Below, piece by piece: positions 25,456-34,419 of a stretch of DNA of 64,000 nucleotides; within the stretch, counting starts at the first letter, position 1; each line of letters opens with the position of its first letter. The DNA lies in IMG/VR virus record IMGVR_UViG_3300038393_000351, positions 1-64,000 of that record. One strand, written 5' to 3'. The position numbers and the translations under genes were made by a program. The notes beneath the pieces are model-generated. The model was not told where the DNA came from. It did no database searches and saw only the letters and a list, made by a program, of their open reading frames with translations. Source of the stretch: a virus.

Positions 25456-25522
25456 AGCACTGATCTTTCATGTGATCGCCTCTCACTCGAACACTGAGCC
25501 ACTTGTTATCCCTAAATAAGCA

Positions 25523-26149
25523 ATGAACGAGTATTATGTATACGCTTATTTACGAGATGACGGGTCGCCATATTACATCGGTAAGGGCAAAGGAAAACGA
25601 TATCTTTCTAAGCATTCTGTTAGTGTACCAGATAATATCAATAAGATTGTATTTCTGGAAACAAATTTAACTAACATTGGTGCTTGTGCATTAGAAAGAC
25701 GTTATATTCGTTGGTATGGACGAAAAGACATCAATACCGGTATTCTTCGAAATAGAACAGACGGTGGTGACGGAAATACTGGACCACGATCAAAAGAATG
25801 GTGTGAAAATCACAGCAAAAAACTCAAAGGACGTAAAATATCTGAAGAACATAAAGAAAAATTAAGTAGAATAGATCGTTCTTATACACAAACAGAAGAA
25901 TATAGACAAAAAATTAGTCAAGCATGCAAAGGAAGAATGTCGTCGTTTAAAGGACGAAGGCACGCCGAAGAAACAAAACGTAAAGTAAGTGAATCAAAAC
26001 GAGGAAAAAGCAATCTTAAAATTAGAGGTGATAATAATCCAGCAAAACGTCCTGAAGTAAAAGCAAAAATTAGTGCTTCACAAAAAATTAGACTTGCTAA
26101 GTTGAAAGCTGAACACTCTTTAAATGATCAGCACGAATCTTACACATAA
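25523..26149 (+). mobile_element. free-standing GIY-YIG homing endonuclease with NUMOD3-like repeats
   Basis: YYVYAY...PYYIGKG; NRTDGGDG; SEEHKEKLS and [10 protein letters not shown] repeats; AT-rich; opposite strand to neighbours. Confidence 0.85.
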
Positions 26150-26519
26150 TCCACTTATTGTAGTAGCGTTCATTGAGAATAGCGTCGGTTGTGAATTGTT
26201 CTTTAGCTTCAAAGTAGGAGCATTCAGCTAGCGTCTTGCAGAAGCGAATGATCTTCCTCTCAAACTTATCTGATCCTAACTCAGCAACATCCGATAGTAA
26301 ATCATCATTTGACCCATAGTAGTCTCTCCAATCACTGGGTACGATAGACCGACGCTTGCGCTTTGATCCCTTGAGAGGAGGCTTAGTTACTTTGCGAATT
26401 AGTCTTTTTTTACCGATGTAGAGGCGATCGTTCGTCGTGTTTCTTATCACATAAACGAATCCGATGTATCCTTCCGTCATTTCATCGGTAACTGGTTTAC
26501 CGTTGTATTCCCATTCCAT
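26097..26519 (-). CDS. GIY-YIG endonuclease (T4 endonuclease II-like)
   Basis: GFVY...[17 protein letters not shown]; likely start MEWEY. Confidence 0.8.
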   Translation of the reverse strand: MEWEYNGKPVTDEMTEGYIGFVYVIRNTTNDRLYIGKKRLIRKVTKPPLKGSKRKRRSIVPSDWRDYYGSNDDLLSDVAELGSDKFERKIIRFCKTLAECSYFEAKEQFTTDAILNERYYNKWIMCKIRADHLKSVQLST

Positions 26520-26534
26520 ATGATATTTATGGAA

Positions 26535-26624
26535 TGGAAACCAGGGCGAGACTCGAACTCGCATAAGGAGATAAACTCCCAGCAGGGATTTGCAATCCCC
26601 GCATCACCGTTCTGCCACCTGGTT
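26535..26624 (-). tRNA. tRNA-Cys(GCA) with long variable arm
   Basis: AACCAGG/CCTGGTT-T-CCA; GGGA-TTGCAAA-TCCC; extra arm GGAG-TTTAT-CTCC. Confidence 0.8.
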
Positions 26625-26631
26625 ATAGATG

Positions 26632-26707
26632 TGGTGCCCGCGGCAAGATTCGAACTTGCACTGTATGGTACCTAAAACCACCGCCTCTGCCGTTGGGCTA
26701 CGCGGGC
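26632..26707 (-). tRNA. tRNA-Leu(TAG) with short variable loop
   Basis: GTGGT-TTTAGGT-ACCAT; 5-nt variable loop; A73 then CCA. Confidence 0.85.
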
Positions 26708-26713
26708 ATTCAT

Positions 26714-26796
26714 TGGTACGCTCTGCGGGACTCGAACCCGCAATCCTAAGAATCAGATTTTAAGTCTGACGTGTATACCGATTCCACCAAGAGCGC
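26714..26796 (-). tRNA. tRNA-Leu(TAA)
   Basis: TCAGA-CTTAAAA-TCTGA; variable arm; CCA. Confidence 0.95.
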
Positions 26797-26967
26797 TTAA
26801 TTAGTTACATTAACGTCAAGAGGTTTTGAACCAGTGCACATAGTAACCGCAGTAAGATATTTACACCTGGTGCACCTGCGTTCACTAACCCATGAATCGC
26901 TAGACAGCTTCTCCCACTTAGAGTCTGTGTTCTTATGTCCGAAGATGAAACAGAGAAGCTGCCTCAC
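26797..26967 (-). CDS. small Cys/His protein
   Basis: LCFIFGH...CTRC; GTGA overlap. Confidence 0.5.
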   Translation of the reverse strand: MRQLLCFIFGHKNTDSKWEKLSSDSWVSERRCTRCKYLTAVTMCTGSKPLDVNVTN

Positions 26968-27215
26968 TCGTCGTCCTCCGAATAGTCTTCATCGTCGTCC
27001 GATGGATAGCGCTCCTCGTAGATCTCATCGTAGACGTCGTCGACACCCACACACTCATCCAGAGTATCCCAATCATGGGCCTCAAACGCTTCGATCATGT
27101 CGAGATAGATCGCTTTACGATCATCGTCGTCGGAAACATGCTTCATCAGCGAATCGATCAATTCACCGAAGAGACCTGATCCTGAACTCCACCCCATCCT
27201 TACGCCTCCACCCAA
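26964..27215 (-). CDS. acidic hypothetical protein
   Basis: MGWSSGS...DWDT..EC. Confidence 0.7.
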   Translation of the reverse strand: MGGGVRMGWSSGSGLFGELIDSLMKHVSDDDDRKAIYLDMIEAFEAHDWDTLDECVGVDDVYDEIYEERYPSDDDEDYSEDDE

Positions 27216-27460
27216 TCATCGGCGAGAAGATCGGTCTGTGAACACAGCCAGGGAACGATCTGTCCATTCGCTGTGCGCATGTCAACGTGACCGTGATAAT
27301 CGACTTGAGTACCCTCACCGAGGATCGAGAGGAGAGGCTCGCGGTTTACAGTGAACCTCGATCCAGGAACGAGAAAGATGAACATATTCTTTCCGTTCCA
27401 TCCAGCGCGAGCAGCTCGCCCACCCGATTTTACAATACGCAGTGCATCTGAGAAATCCAT
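27200..27460 (-). CDS. tad2: DUF2829 / Tad2-like anti-Thoeris sponge
   Basis: AARAGWNGKNMFIFL...VPWLCSQTDLLADDW. Confidence 0.8.
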   Translation of the reverse strand: MDFSDALRIVKSGGRAARAGWNGKNMFIFLVPGSRFTVNREPLLSILGEGTQVDYHGHVDMRTANGQIVPWLCSQTDLLADDWVEA

Positions 27461-27470
27461 GTTATTCCTT

Positions 27471-27644
27471 TTAATTACGTTTCATATATTTTGCAAAAGC
27501 TTCAACTTCACTTTTCTCTTCAGACGTAAGAGCATCGGGTACGTGATACAACAGAGTATTGCGTACGAGATCACGAACGTCTTTTGGTGTAACGGCCATT
27601 CCGGCTTTAATCAGAAGACTACCAATGTATGTTCTGATTCTCAT
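27471..27644 (-). CDS. hypothetical protein (57 aa)
   Basis: ATGA-coupled; MRIRTYIGSLL... Confidence 0.5.
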   Translation of the reverse strand: MRIRTYIGSLLIKAGMAVTPKDVRDLVRNTLLYHVPDALTSEEKSEVEAFAKYMKRN

Positions 27645-27805
27645 TGTTCTGAGAGCTCACGTTCTCGCTTTAATCGCACGCGTTCTTCTTCGATGGTCTC
27701 AATCTGCTCCATCACGTCGCAGTATCCGCGAGTAAAGTGTGCTTTAAGACCAATAGCATCGAAATCGTCCATGTTACAGAACGGACAAGTGTATGGATAC
27801 TTCAT
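27641..27805 (-). CDS. small zinc-finger protein
   Basis: CPFC...H...C; ATGA overlap with the nrdB stop. Confidence 0.55.
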   Translation of the reverse strand: MKYPYTCPFCNMDDFDAIGLKAHFTRGYCDVMEQIETIEEERVRLKRERELSEQ

Positions 27806-28920
27806 AGTGACATTCCCTTAAACGTGTTCTCAGTGACGTCCTGCTTGACCGCACCGATGGTGTAACTCGACACTTCGACTTCCTGAGGTGCGACTTGAAC
27901 TTCAGAGCCCGCGATCCATTTAGCAGTCCATGGGAGAGGGTTCGAGATGTTCTTATACTGAGTAGGAAGTCCTACCGCAGTCATCCGCTTGTTGGCAATC
28001 CACTCGATGTAGTCGCAGAGAAGCTGCTCGCTTAATCCAATCATCGATCCGTCTTTGAAGAGATACTTAGCCCAAGTCTTCTCCTGATCAACGGCTTTCG
28101 TGAAGAGATCGATGCACTTGGGTCTAAGCTTCTCACTGATATCAAAGAACTCAAGATCATCCGATGGTAGAATTTTCAAGAGGTGCTGTGTTCCAGCCAG
28201 GTGTAAGTTCTCATCACGGGCAATGAGCTTGATGATCTTGGCGTTACCCTCCATCTTCTTGAGCTCAGCGAAAGCCCATGAGCACGCGAAGGAAACGTAG
28301 AACCGGACACCCTCTAGGATGTTCACTGCCATCAGAGACAGATAGATCGATTCTTTGAGCTTAGTCTCGAAATCTGACTGTGTGTGGGGAGATACACCGG
28401 CTTTACGCAGGCAGTAAGTCATCGCGAGATTGACTTGCTTATCATACAGCACCGATACATCCTTAGCGCAGTCTACGATCTCTTGGATATCAAGCATCTC
28501 GTCAAAGACTGGACTGGCGTCCGGATAGATGTTCTCGATGATGTGGGTGTAGCTCAGAGAGTGGATGGTCTCCGAGAACGTCCACGTCTGAAGCCACGTC
28601 TCCAGCTCCGGCAGAGATGTGATGGGACCAAACGCCGCCACGGGTGCTCTTCCCTGAACGGAGTCGAGAAGGATCTGCCGCTTTAAGTTCGACGTGAAGA
28701 TGTGCTTCTCATGATCAGTCAGGAGCTTGAAGTCCTTAGCGTCGCGGTAGAGATCGATCTCAGTGGGTCTCCAGAAAAACGAGTGCTGCTTCTCCGTGAG
28801 CTTCTTAAGCCAGGAATACTTCTGACGATCGTATCGAGCAATCGTCGGAGGATTGTCTAGAAACGCTCTGACTTTAGTGTGATCCTGCTTATTCTCTGAG
28901 TTGAATACTGAGTACGTCAA
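27802..28920 (-). CDS. nrdB: class Ia ribonucleotide reductase beta subunit
   Basis: FFWRPTEI, LLDSVQGR, ETIHS, LEGVRFYVSF, RDENLH, APQE. Confidence 0.97.
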   Translation of the reverse strand: MTYSVFNSENKQDHTKVRAFLDNPPTIARYDRQKYSWLKKLTEKQHSFFWRPTEIDLYRDAKDFKLLTDHEKHIFTSNLKRQILLDSVQGRAPVAAFGPITSLPELETWLQTWTFSETIHSLSYTHIIENIYPDASPVFDEMLDIQEIVDCAKDVSVLYDKQVNLAMTYCLRKAGVSPHTQSDFETKLKESIYLSLMAVNILEGVRFYVSFACSWAFAELKKMEGNAKIIKLIARDENLHLAGTQHLLKILPSDDLEFFDISEKLRPKCIDLFTKAVDQEKTWAKYLFKDGSMIGLSEQLLCDYIEWIANKRMTAVGLPTQYKNISNPLPWTAKWIAGSEVQVAPQEVEVSSYTIGAVKQDVTENTFKGMSL

Positions 28921-29237
28921 ATCTTGAGTTCCCTGCGGATAGCGCTTCTTACTTTTTCTTTACCGGTGATGACACCGTGATCGTACAGTGCATCCATAGC
29001 GCGAAACGATTGATACTGATCATTCATATTATATGCACGATATTGAAGATCTTCAATCTTGTATGGAGTGTCTTCATTAAGTCCAGTGCGTGAAAGGTTA
29101 TCGTACCATTTACAAATACTACCGATCACGAGTACTCTCTCGACTGGAAAATACATAACGTCGCTGTCGATGTAGAACGGTTCACCGTCCACAGTGACGT
29201 TGGTTTCATAATCCATAGTTAAAAGTGTCAGGCTCAT
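28917..29237 (-). CDS. hypothetical protein
   Basis: Coupled ORF. Confidence 0.6.
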   Translation of the reverse strand: MSLTLLTMDYETNVTVDGEPFYIDSDVMYFPVERVLVIGSICKWYDNLSRTGLNEDTPYKIEDLQYRAYNMNDQYQSFRAMDALYDHGVITGKEKVRSAIRRELKI

Positions 29238-29443
29238 TTTATTCTCGGTGTGCCAAAATCTACGACTTTAGGATAGTAGTACCTGGGAAGCTTCAACGCT
29301 TCTTCGATGTACTTCTCGCAAGCTTCAATATCATTTGATTCAAATACTTTGAACCAGATAAACCAAAGTTGTTCATAAACGGCGAATTTAAACCAGCCGT
29401 TGCGCGTGGAATCAAGCTTAAATCTCGGTTTCTGCATTATCAA
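29234..29443 (-). CDS. hypothetical protein
   Basis: Coupled ORF. Confidence 0.55.
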   Translation of the reverse strand: MIMQKPRFKLDSTRNGWFKFAVYEQLWFIWFKVFESNDIEACEKYIEEALKLPRYYYPKVVDFGTPRIK

Positions 29444-29724
29444 AGAAGTCCTCTTGCCTGAGCCCAGAGCATTCCATCTCTGGGGTTAATTGAATATGAT
29501 CCACCGTTTTTACAGGGCATATCCACAAGTCGACGTTTAACGAGACCCTGCAAGTCTCGAGTGTACGTTGATGGGGCGTATCCGAGACCATTCGACTCAG
29601 CTAATCGTTTAATCTCGTCAGCTCGATGAGGACGTCTGAGAAGCTGAGACACGATCCATTCAGACCGAACTCCAGTGGGATCTCGCTTGACGTCTTGTTG
29701 AAAATATCTGACTGCATCGTTCAT
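29440..29724 (-). CDS. putative winged-helix protein
   Basis: STYTRDLQGLVKRRLV...GSYSI. Confidence 0.55.
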   Translation of the reverse strand: MNDAVRYFQQDVKRDPTGVRSEWIVSQLLRRPHRADEIKRLAESNGLGYAPSTYTRDLQGLVKRRLVDMPCKNGGSYSINPRDGMLWAQARGLL

Positions 29725-30221
29725 TTCCAGTCCTCGTCTAAGTCCTTTACTTCAAATCTATTGAATACAAGGGGAACGATGATTTCTCTTTTAGGAACGA
29801 CAAAGGAATCATCTAGATCACGTGCTAGAGTAACGTGTGTCTCATAGCTCGGAAAATCGTGTGTTCCGCCTCTTTGAATAAGCTTATTGTGTAGTCCTTG
29901 CAAGTATATACTCGAAAACTCTAAAACTAAACATTTTTTTCCATCTTGCTGAGGAAAAAGGGCAAGACCATCGCCTCTTCCATATACCGGCAGCTCAATT
30001 AGTTTCCTACACACATCGTGGTCAACGTGTTTCCTAGAATAGAGCACCGTTGAGTGAAGCTTACTTGGAGGCATCGGATCTTTGATACCGAGCCTGGCAC
30101 ACAGCGCCCGCACCTGCAGGATAGTCTCTTCATCGGGATACACGGCGCAGTACGTTCCCGGTTTCTCAGTCTCTTCAGAGACACACGACAAGCGTAAGTA
30201 CGATGAGAAGCTCAACATCAT
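29721..30221 (-). CDS. acb1: anti-CBASS 2H phosphodiesterase Acb1 (T4 57B-like)
   Basis: KLHSTVLYSR and THDFPSYETHVTL (two HxT motifs); C-terminal LDEDW. Confidence 0.88.
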   Translation of the reverse strand: MMLSFSSYLRLSCVSEETEKPGTYCAVYPDEETILQVRALCARLGIKDPMPPSKLHSTVLYSRKHVDHDVCRKLIELPVYGRGDGLALFPQQDGKKCLVLEFSSIYLQGLHNKLIQRGGTHDFPSYETHVTLARDLDDSFVVPKREIIVPLVFNRFEVKDLDEDWK

Positions 30222-30508
30222 TTATTCCTATACTTAATCAGAGAACTAGCTGATAGTTCAACTTTAGTATTATCGTAGAGATCAAGTGGACGTGTATAAT
30301 CAGTGAAGGAATCTGGATGTTTATAAACTACTCTAGATGATTTTCCTTCATCGTTCCTGTACAACTCTGACCACAGCTGCTCGCCTACAATTTTATTAAT
30401 GCGCTTTCCGTGAAGAAAAACTTTCATACCGGAGCTAGCTAGAAGTGGATTGTTCAGTATTCCATCAACGGCTTTAAGGTACTTATTCCACTGCTCTTTA
30501 GTGATCAT
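30218..30508 (-). CDS. hypothetical protein
   Basis: Likely start MITKEQW. Confidence 0.55.
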   Translation of the reverse strand: MITKEQWNKYLKAVDGILNNPLLASSGMKVFLHGKRINKIVGEQLWSELYRNDEGKSSRVVYKHPDSFTDYTRPLDLYDNTKVELSASSLIKYRNK

Positions 30509-30738
30509 AGTTCGTCTTTCGTAGGTGCGACTGGAATCGTCTCCTCCCAGGGAATCCAATGACCCGAATCAACGACGAGGAGAATCGAGAGAGGAAGAAA
30601 CCGAATATAGATCATATGAAGGTCTGGATCAGTTCGCGTGGGTTTATGATGAAGAAACTTGAATCCCCAGACAAATGGATTCAGATCGAATGAGAACTTC
30701 ACGTTTGAGTTCTTGATGTAGTCGAAGAAATTACGCAC
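30505..30738 (-). CDS. hypothetical protein
   Basis: Coupled ORF. Confidence 0.55.
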   Translation of the reverse strand: MRNFFDYIKNSNVKFSFDLNPFVWGFKFLHHKPTRTDPDLHMIYIRFLPLSILLVVDSGHWIPWEETIPVAPTKDEL

Positions 30739-31006
30739 GATCTATATACTCCATTAAAGCCGCTAGTGAAGACGCCGCGATGCAATAGGATCCTACAGGT
30801 GTGTTTGGATACACTTGCAGAGTCCAAACAGTATTTTGGTTACATGCTTTTTCTTTTTCCTTAGAAGAAATCCAATCTACATAATTTGCGTGTTCAGCCC
30901 ATTTAGCTACAGTCTCATAGCACAGTGCACAATCATTAAACGATAACGTAAGACCAGTGTATTCACCTTTTAAAAGTGATCTAAATTTAGTTTCTAAATC
31001 TTGCAT
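30731..31006 (-). CDS. hypothetical protein
   Basis: WTLQVYPNTPVG motif. Confidence 0.65.
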   Translation of the reverse strand: MQDLETKFRSLLKGEYTGLTLSFNDCALCYETVAKWAEHANYVDWISSKEKEKACNQNTVWTLQVYPNTPVGSYCIAASSLAALMEYIDRA

Positions 31007-33276
31007 GCGTCACAGTCCTCTTCATCGACTACCGCTTGAGGAAGCTCGACTTTAACTTCGCCGGCCGCGTCGTTTGTGTTGTTGTAGTACAAGCACTTCG
31101 TTCCCCACTTATACGATAGGAGTAGGTGCTTGAGGAGTTCCGACATTGGAACTTGCTCATCTTCGTAGTGTGCCGGATTGTACGACGTATTGACTGAGAT
31201 GGATTGATCGATGAACTTCTGCAGAACGGCCATGATCTTCAAGTAGCCGACTGGAGATTCCTGATCCCAGAGAAGATCGTACTTATTCTTAAGCTTCCTA
31301 ATCTCTGGAACTACCTGAGCCAAGACACCGTCCTTGCTCTGTTTGATTGAGACTAGAGCTCTGGGAGGCTCAACACCGTTCGTAGCATTAGCGAGCTGAG
31401 CCGAAGTCTCAGCCGGCATCAGAGCCATCAGCGTCGAGTTGCGTATCCCGCTCTTTACTACGCGCTTTCCTAGAACTTCCCAGTCCATCTTATAGACTGG
31501 ATCGACGAGTTCATCGACGTCTTTCTTGTACGTGTCCTTGGGGAACAACCCGAGTGAGTATTTAGTCTCGTCGAATCCACCGCACGGACCGAACTCCTCA
31601 GCTAATGTAACCGAAGCGTCGATTAGATAGAACGACCACGCTTCTGTCCACTCATGAATCTTCTGCAGACCCTCCTTCGTGATGTTCTGATAAGTCAGAT
31701 CGTTCTTAGCGAGCCAGTATGCCAGGTTGATGATGCCGATACCCAGAGCCCTGCGCTTAGCAGCACCAGTCTCAGCAGCGAGCATCGGATAGTTTTGATA
31801 AGTCAAGAGAGCGTCCAGACCACGTACGGCGAGCTCACAGGGTCTCTGAAAGTCGTCGGGTTTCTTGATCTTTCCCCAGTTGATAGCGGAGAGTGTACAG
31901 AGCGCGATCTCGCCCGAGACGTCGTCGTAGATGTCATTCATCGGATTTGTCGGAAGTGTGATCTCGGTGCAGAGGTTCGAGAGGCGAATCGGTGCTTTCT
32001 CGGTGATGAACGATGAGTGATCGTTGCAGTGATCGACGTTCATCAGATAGATTCGACCGGTGTCCTTTCTCTCCTGAACGAAAGCTGAGAACAGATCGAG
32101 AGCTTTGATAGTCTTCTTTCGAATCTTCTTGTTGCTCTCGGCTTTTACGTAGAGTTCCTCGAACTTCGCTTGGTCTTGAAAGAAAGCATCATAAAGACCA
32201 GGAACGTCACTGGGCGAAAATAGAGTAATGTTGCCTCCAGCAAGAAGCCTCTCGTAGAAGAGCTTCGAAAATTGGACTCCATAGTCCAAGCCTCGAGCAC
32301 GTGTGTCTTCAGTGCCTTTATTGTTTTTGAGAACAAGGAGATCCTCTACTTCCAGATGCCAGATAGGATAGTAAAGAGTCGCCGCACCGCCCCGTACACC
32401 TCCCTGGCTGCACGACTTAACAGCAGCCTGAAAAAGTTTATAGAATGGAATAACACCAGTATGCAGAGTGTCACCGTTGCGAATAGAGCTACCAAGAGCA
32501 CGTATCCGACCAGCGCCAATACCGATTCCGGCCCTTTGACTGACGTACTTAACGATTGAAGAGACTGCGGCATTGATTGAGTCGAGGGAATCTCCGGACT
32601 CGATAACGACACATGAAGAGAACTGTCTCTGCGGCGTTCGAACTCCTGCCATGATGGGGGTAGGGAGGGAGATTTCGTGGGTTGAGATTGCATCGTAGTA
32701 CTCCTTTACCCAGTACATTCTCTTCTCCTTAGGATACCCGGAGAAGAGTGTAGCCGCGATCATCATATAGACGATCTGCGGAGTTTCATAGTATTTATTC
32801 ACTTTCTTGTCGCGAACGAGGTACTTTCCTCGAAACTGCTCCATGGCGGCGTATGTCAGATCGAGATCTCGATCGTGCTTGATGTACGACCCGAGCTCGG
32901 TCAGCTCCTCTTCGGTGTACTGATTGAGAATATCAGAATCGTAGAATCCAGCTTCCACCACGCGCTTGACGTGGGGAGCGAACGCGGTCGGATTCGCTTC
33001 ACCGTACACAGTCTTTCTCAAGTGATAGTTGATCAACCTTCCGGCGACGTACTGATAGTTGGGATGATCCTCTGAGATCAACTCAGACGCCGCTTTGATC
33101 AGCGTCTCCTGAATGTCGGATGTCTTGATCTTATCGTAGAACGATAAGTTAGATCGAATCTCAACTTCAGACGAGGAGACTCCAGTTAAGTCCTGACACG
33201 CCCACGTAGTGACTCGGTGCAGTTTATTTAGATCAAGTGGTTCCTTAGTCCCATTTCTCTTGGTAACAGTAATCAA
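30994..33276 (-). CDS. nrdA: class Ia ribonucleotide reductase alpha subunit with ATP cone
   Basis: VTKRNG, SLPTP, QFSSC, SNLCTEI, PAETS, C-terminal CDAC; TTG start. Confidence 0.97.
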   Translation of the reverse strand: MITVTKRNGTKEPLDLNKLHRVTTWACQDLTGVSSSEVEIRSNLSFYDKIKTSDIQETLIKAASELISEDHPNYQYVAGRLINYHLRKTVYGEANPTAFAPHVKRVVEAGFYDSDILNQYTEEELTELGSYIKHDRDLDLTYAAMEQFRGKYLVRDKKVNKYYETPQIVYMMIAATLFSGYPKEKRMYWVKEYYDAISTHEISLPTPIMAGVRTPQRQFSSCVVIESGDSLDSINAAVSSIVKYVSQRAGIGIGAGRIRALGSSIRNGDTLHTGVIPFYKLFQAAVKSCSQGGVRGGAATLYYPIWHLEVEDLLVLKNNKGTEDTRARGLDYGVQFSKLFYERLLAGGNITLFSPSDVPGLYDAFFQDQAKFEELYVKAESNKKIRKKTIKALDLFSAFVQERKDTGRIYLMNVDHCNDHSSFITEKAPIRLSNLCTEITLPTNPMNDIYDDVSGEIALCTLSAINWGKIKKPDDFQRPCELAVRGLDALLTYQNYPMLAAETGAAKRRALGIGIINLAYWLAKNDLTYQNITKEGLQKIHEWTEAWSFYLIDASVTLAEEFGPCGGFDETKYSLGLFPKDTYKKDVDELVDPVYKMDWEVLGKRVVKSGIRNSTLMALMPAETSAQLANATNGVEPPRALVSIKQSKDGVLAQVVPEIRKLKNKYDLLWDQESPVGYLKIMAVLQKFIDQSISVNTSYNPAHYEDEQVPMSELLKHLLLSYKWGTKCLYYNNTNDAAGEVKVELPQAVVDEEDCDACKI

Positions 33277-33298
33277 CTATAGCTTCCTTTTCTTATTC

Positions 33299-33583
33299 TT
33301 AATTCTGAGGAGGGATGCAGTCCGTCGATCGAGGACAACCATCGACTCCGTATTTTTCTAGAGCAGCGACTGCAACGGCCGCTACTTGAACCAATTCATT
33401 TAACGGTGCGCTCTTTCCAGGAAGATTCTTGATCCATCCCATGATCGCTTCGTTAAGCTCAGCCTGAGCAACGAGAAGAAGCCCAGGAAGAGACTGAGGC
33501 TGGTCTTTACCCCATTTAGCATCTTGATAGTCGCGCTCGCGATCAATCGCTGCGTAGACTTCGCTTCTTTCTAAAGTGTACAT
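33299..33583 (-). CDS. MazG-like all-alpha protein
   Basis: ERDYQDAKWG...ELVQVAAVAVA. Confidence 0.65.
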   Translation of the reverse strand: MYTLERSEVYAAIDRERDYQDAKWGKDQPQSLPGLLLVAQAELNEAIMGWIKNLPGKSAPLNELVQVAAVAVAALEKYGVDGCPRSTDCIPPQN

Positions 33584-33678
33584 ATAGAATTCTCCCAATC
33601 GCATACATAATATAAAGTGCAACTATAATCGCAGCTGCGATCTGATGTTCTTGAGCTGTGATACCATTACTAAGCTGT

Positions 33679-34419
33679 TCAATTGGATACAATGTATTCT
33701 CCTTCATACTGTGCAACGGCCTGATCAACGATGTTGAAGGTGACCGGATTTCTCAGATCAAGATAAATCATCAGAGAGATTCGCGGTGTGTCTTCTGAAT
33801 CGTTGAAAACGTTGTGATAGTGGATTGAATTGAAGAGATTCACCGTTCCACTGTGATAGCTCTGAGTGTAGATCTTCATCGTCTCATTCTGATGATCCTT
33901 CAGACGGAAGTCTTGAATCGGAATCACTGAGTATCGAAAATCAATCGGTGAAACAATGGGAACGTGGACTACGATCATCCATGGACGAAACTTCTCAACA
34001 CCGGCTACGTCGAACTGATGTGAGTGCCAAGTCAGACTCGACTTGGGCTGAACGATCATGATCCTAGCACGCGTCCCGATGTTTTTCTTCCGATCGTAGC
34101 CGCCGAGCTCCTCGACTATCGACGTCAAGTACGGTGCTTTATCAACGATCTGAGTCGGGATGCACGTCAATGCGTGGTCTGATGGATTCTCAGTCAAGTC
34201 AAAGTGAAGTGATCCATCAGGAGAGAAGAGAGACACACCTTGCCAAGCTTTGGCGATCTTCGTGGCGATCCTAGGTGTTGTCGTTCTATACGGCTGAATG
34301 ACTAGTGGATCCGATGCGATCCTCCCATATTCATCTATCATCTTGAATACGTCGTATCGAAGACCGAGATCAAGGTGTGGAATCCACGTGATCTCATTGA
34401 CGAGTCTATCGATATTCAA
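33679..34419 (-). CDS. Asp/Asn beta-hydroxylase-like 2OG-Fe(II) oxygenase
   Basis: RARIM...WHSH...VHVPI...HNVFN...RISL. Confidence 0.7.
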   Translation of the reverse strand: MNIDRLVNEITWIPHLDLGLRYDVFKMIDEYGRIASDPLVIQPYRTTTPRIATKIAKAWQGVSLFSPDGSLHFDLTENPSDHALTCIPTQIVDKAPYLTSIVEELGGYDRKKNIGTRARIMIVQPKSSLTWHSHQFDVAGVEKFRPWMIVVHVPIVSPIDFRYSVIPIQDFRLKDHQNETMKIYTQSYHSGTVNLFNSIHYHNVFNDSEDTPRISLMIYLDLRNPVTFNIVDQAVAQYEGEYIVSN

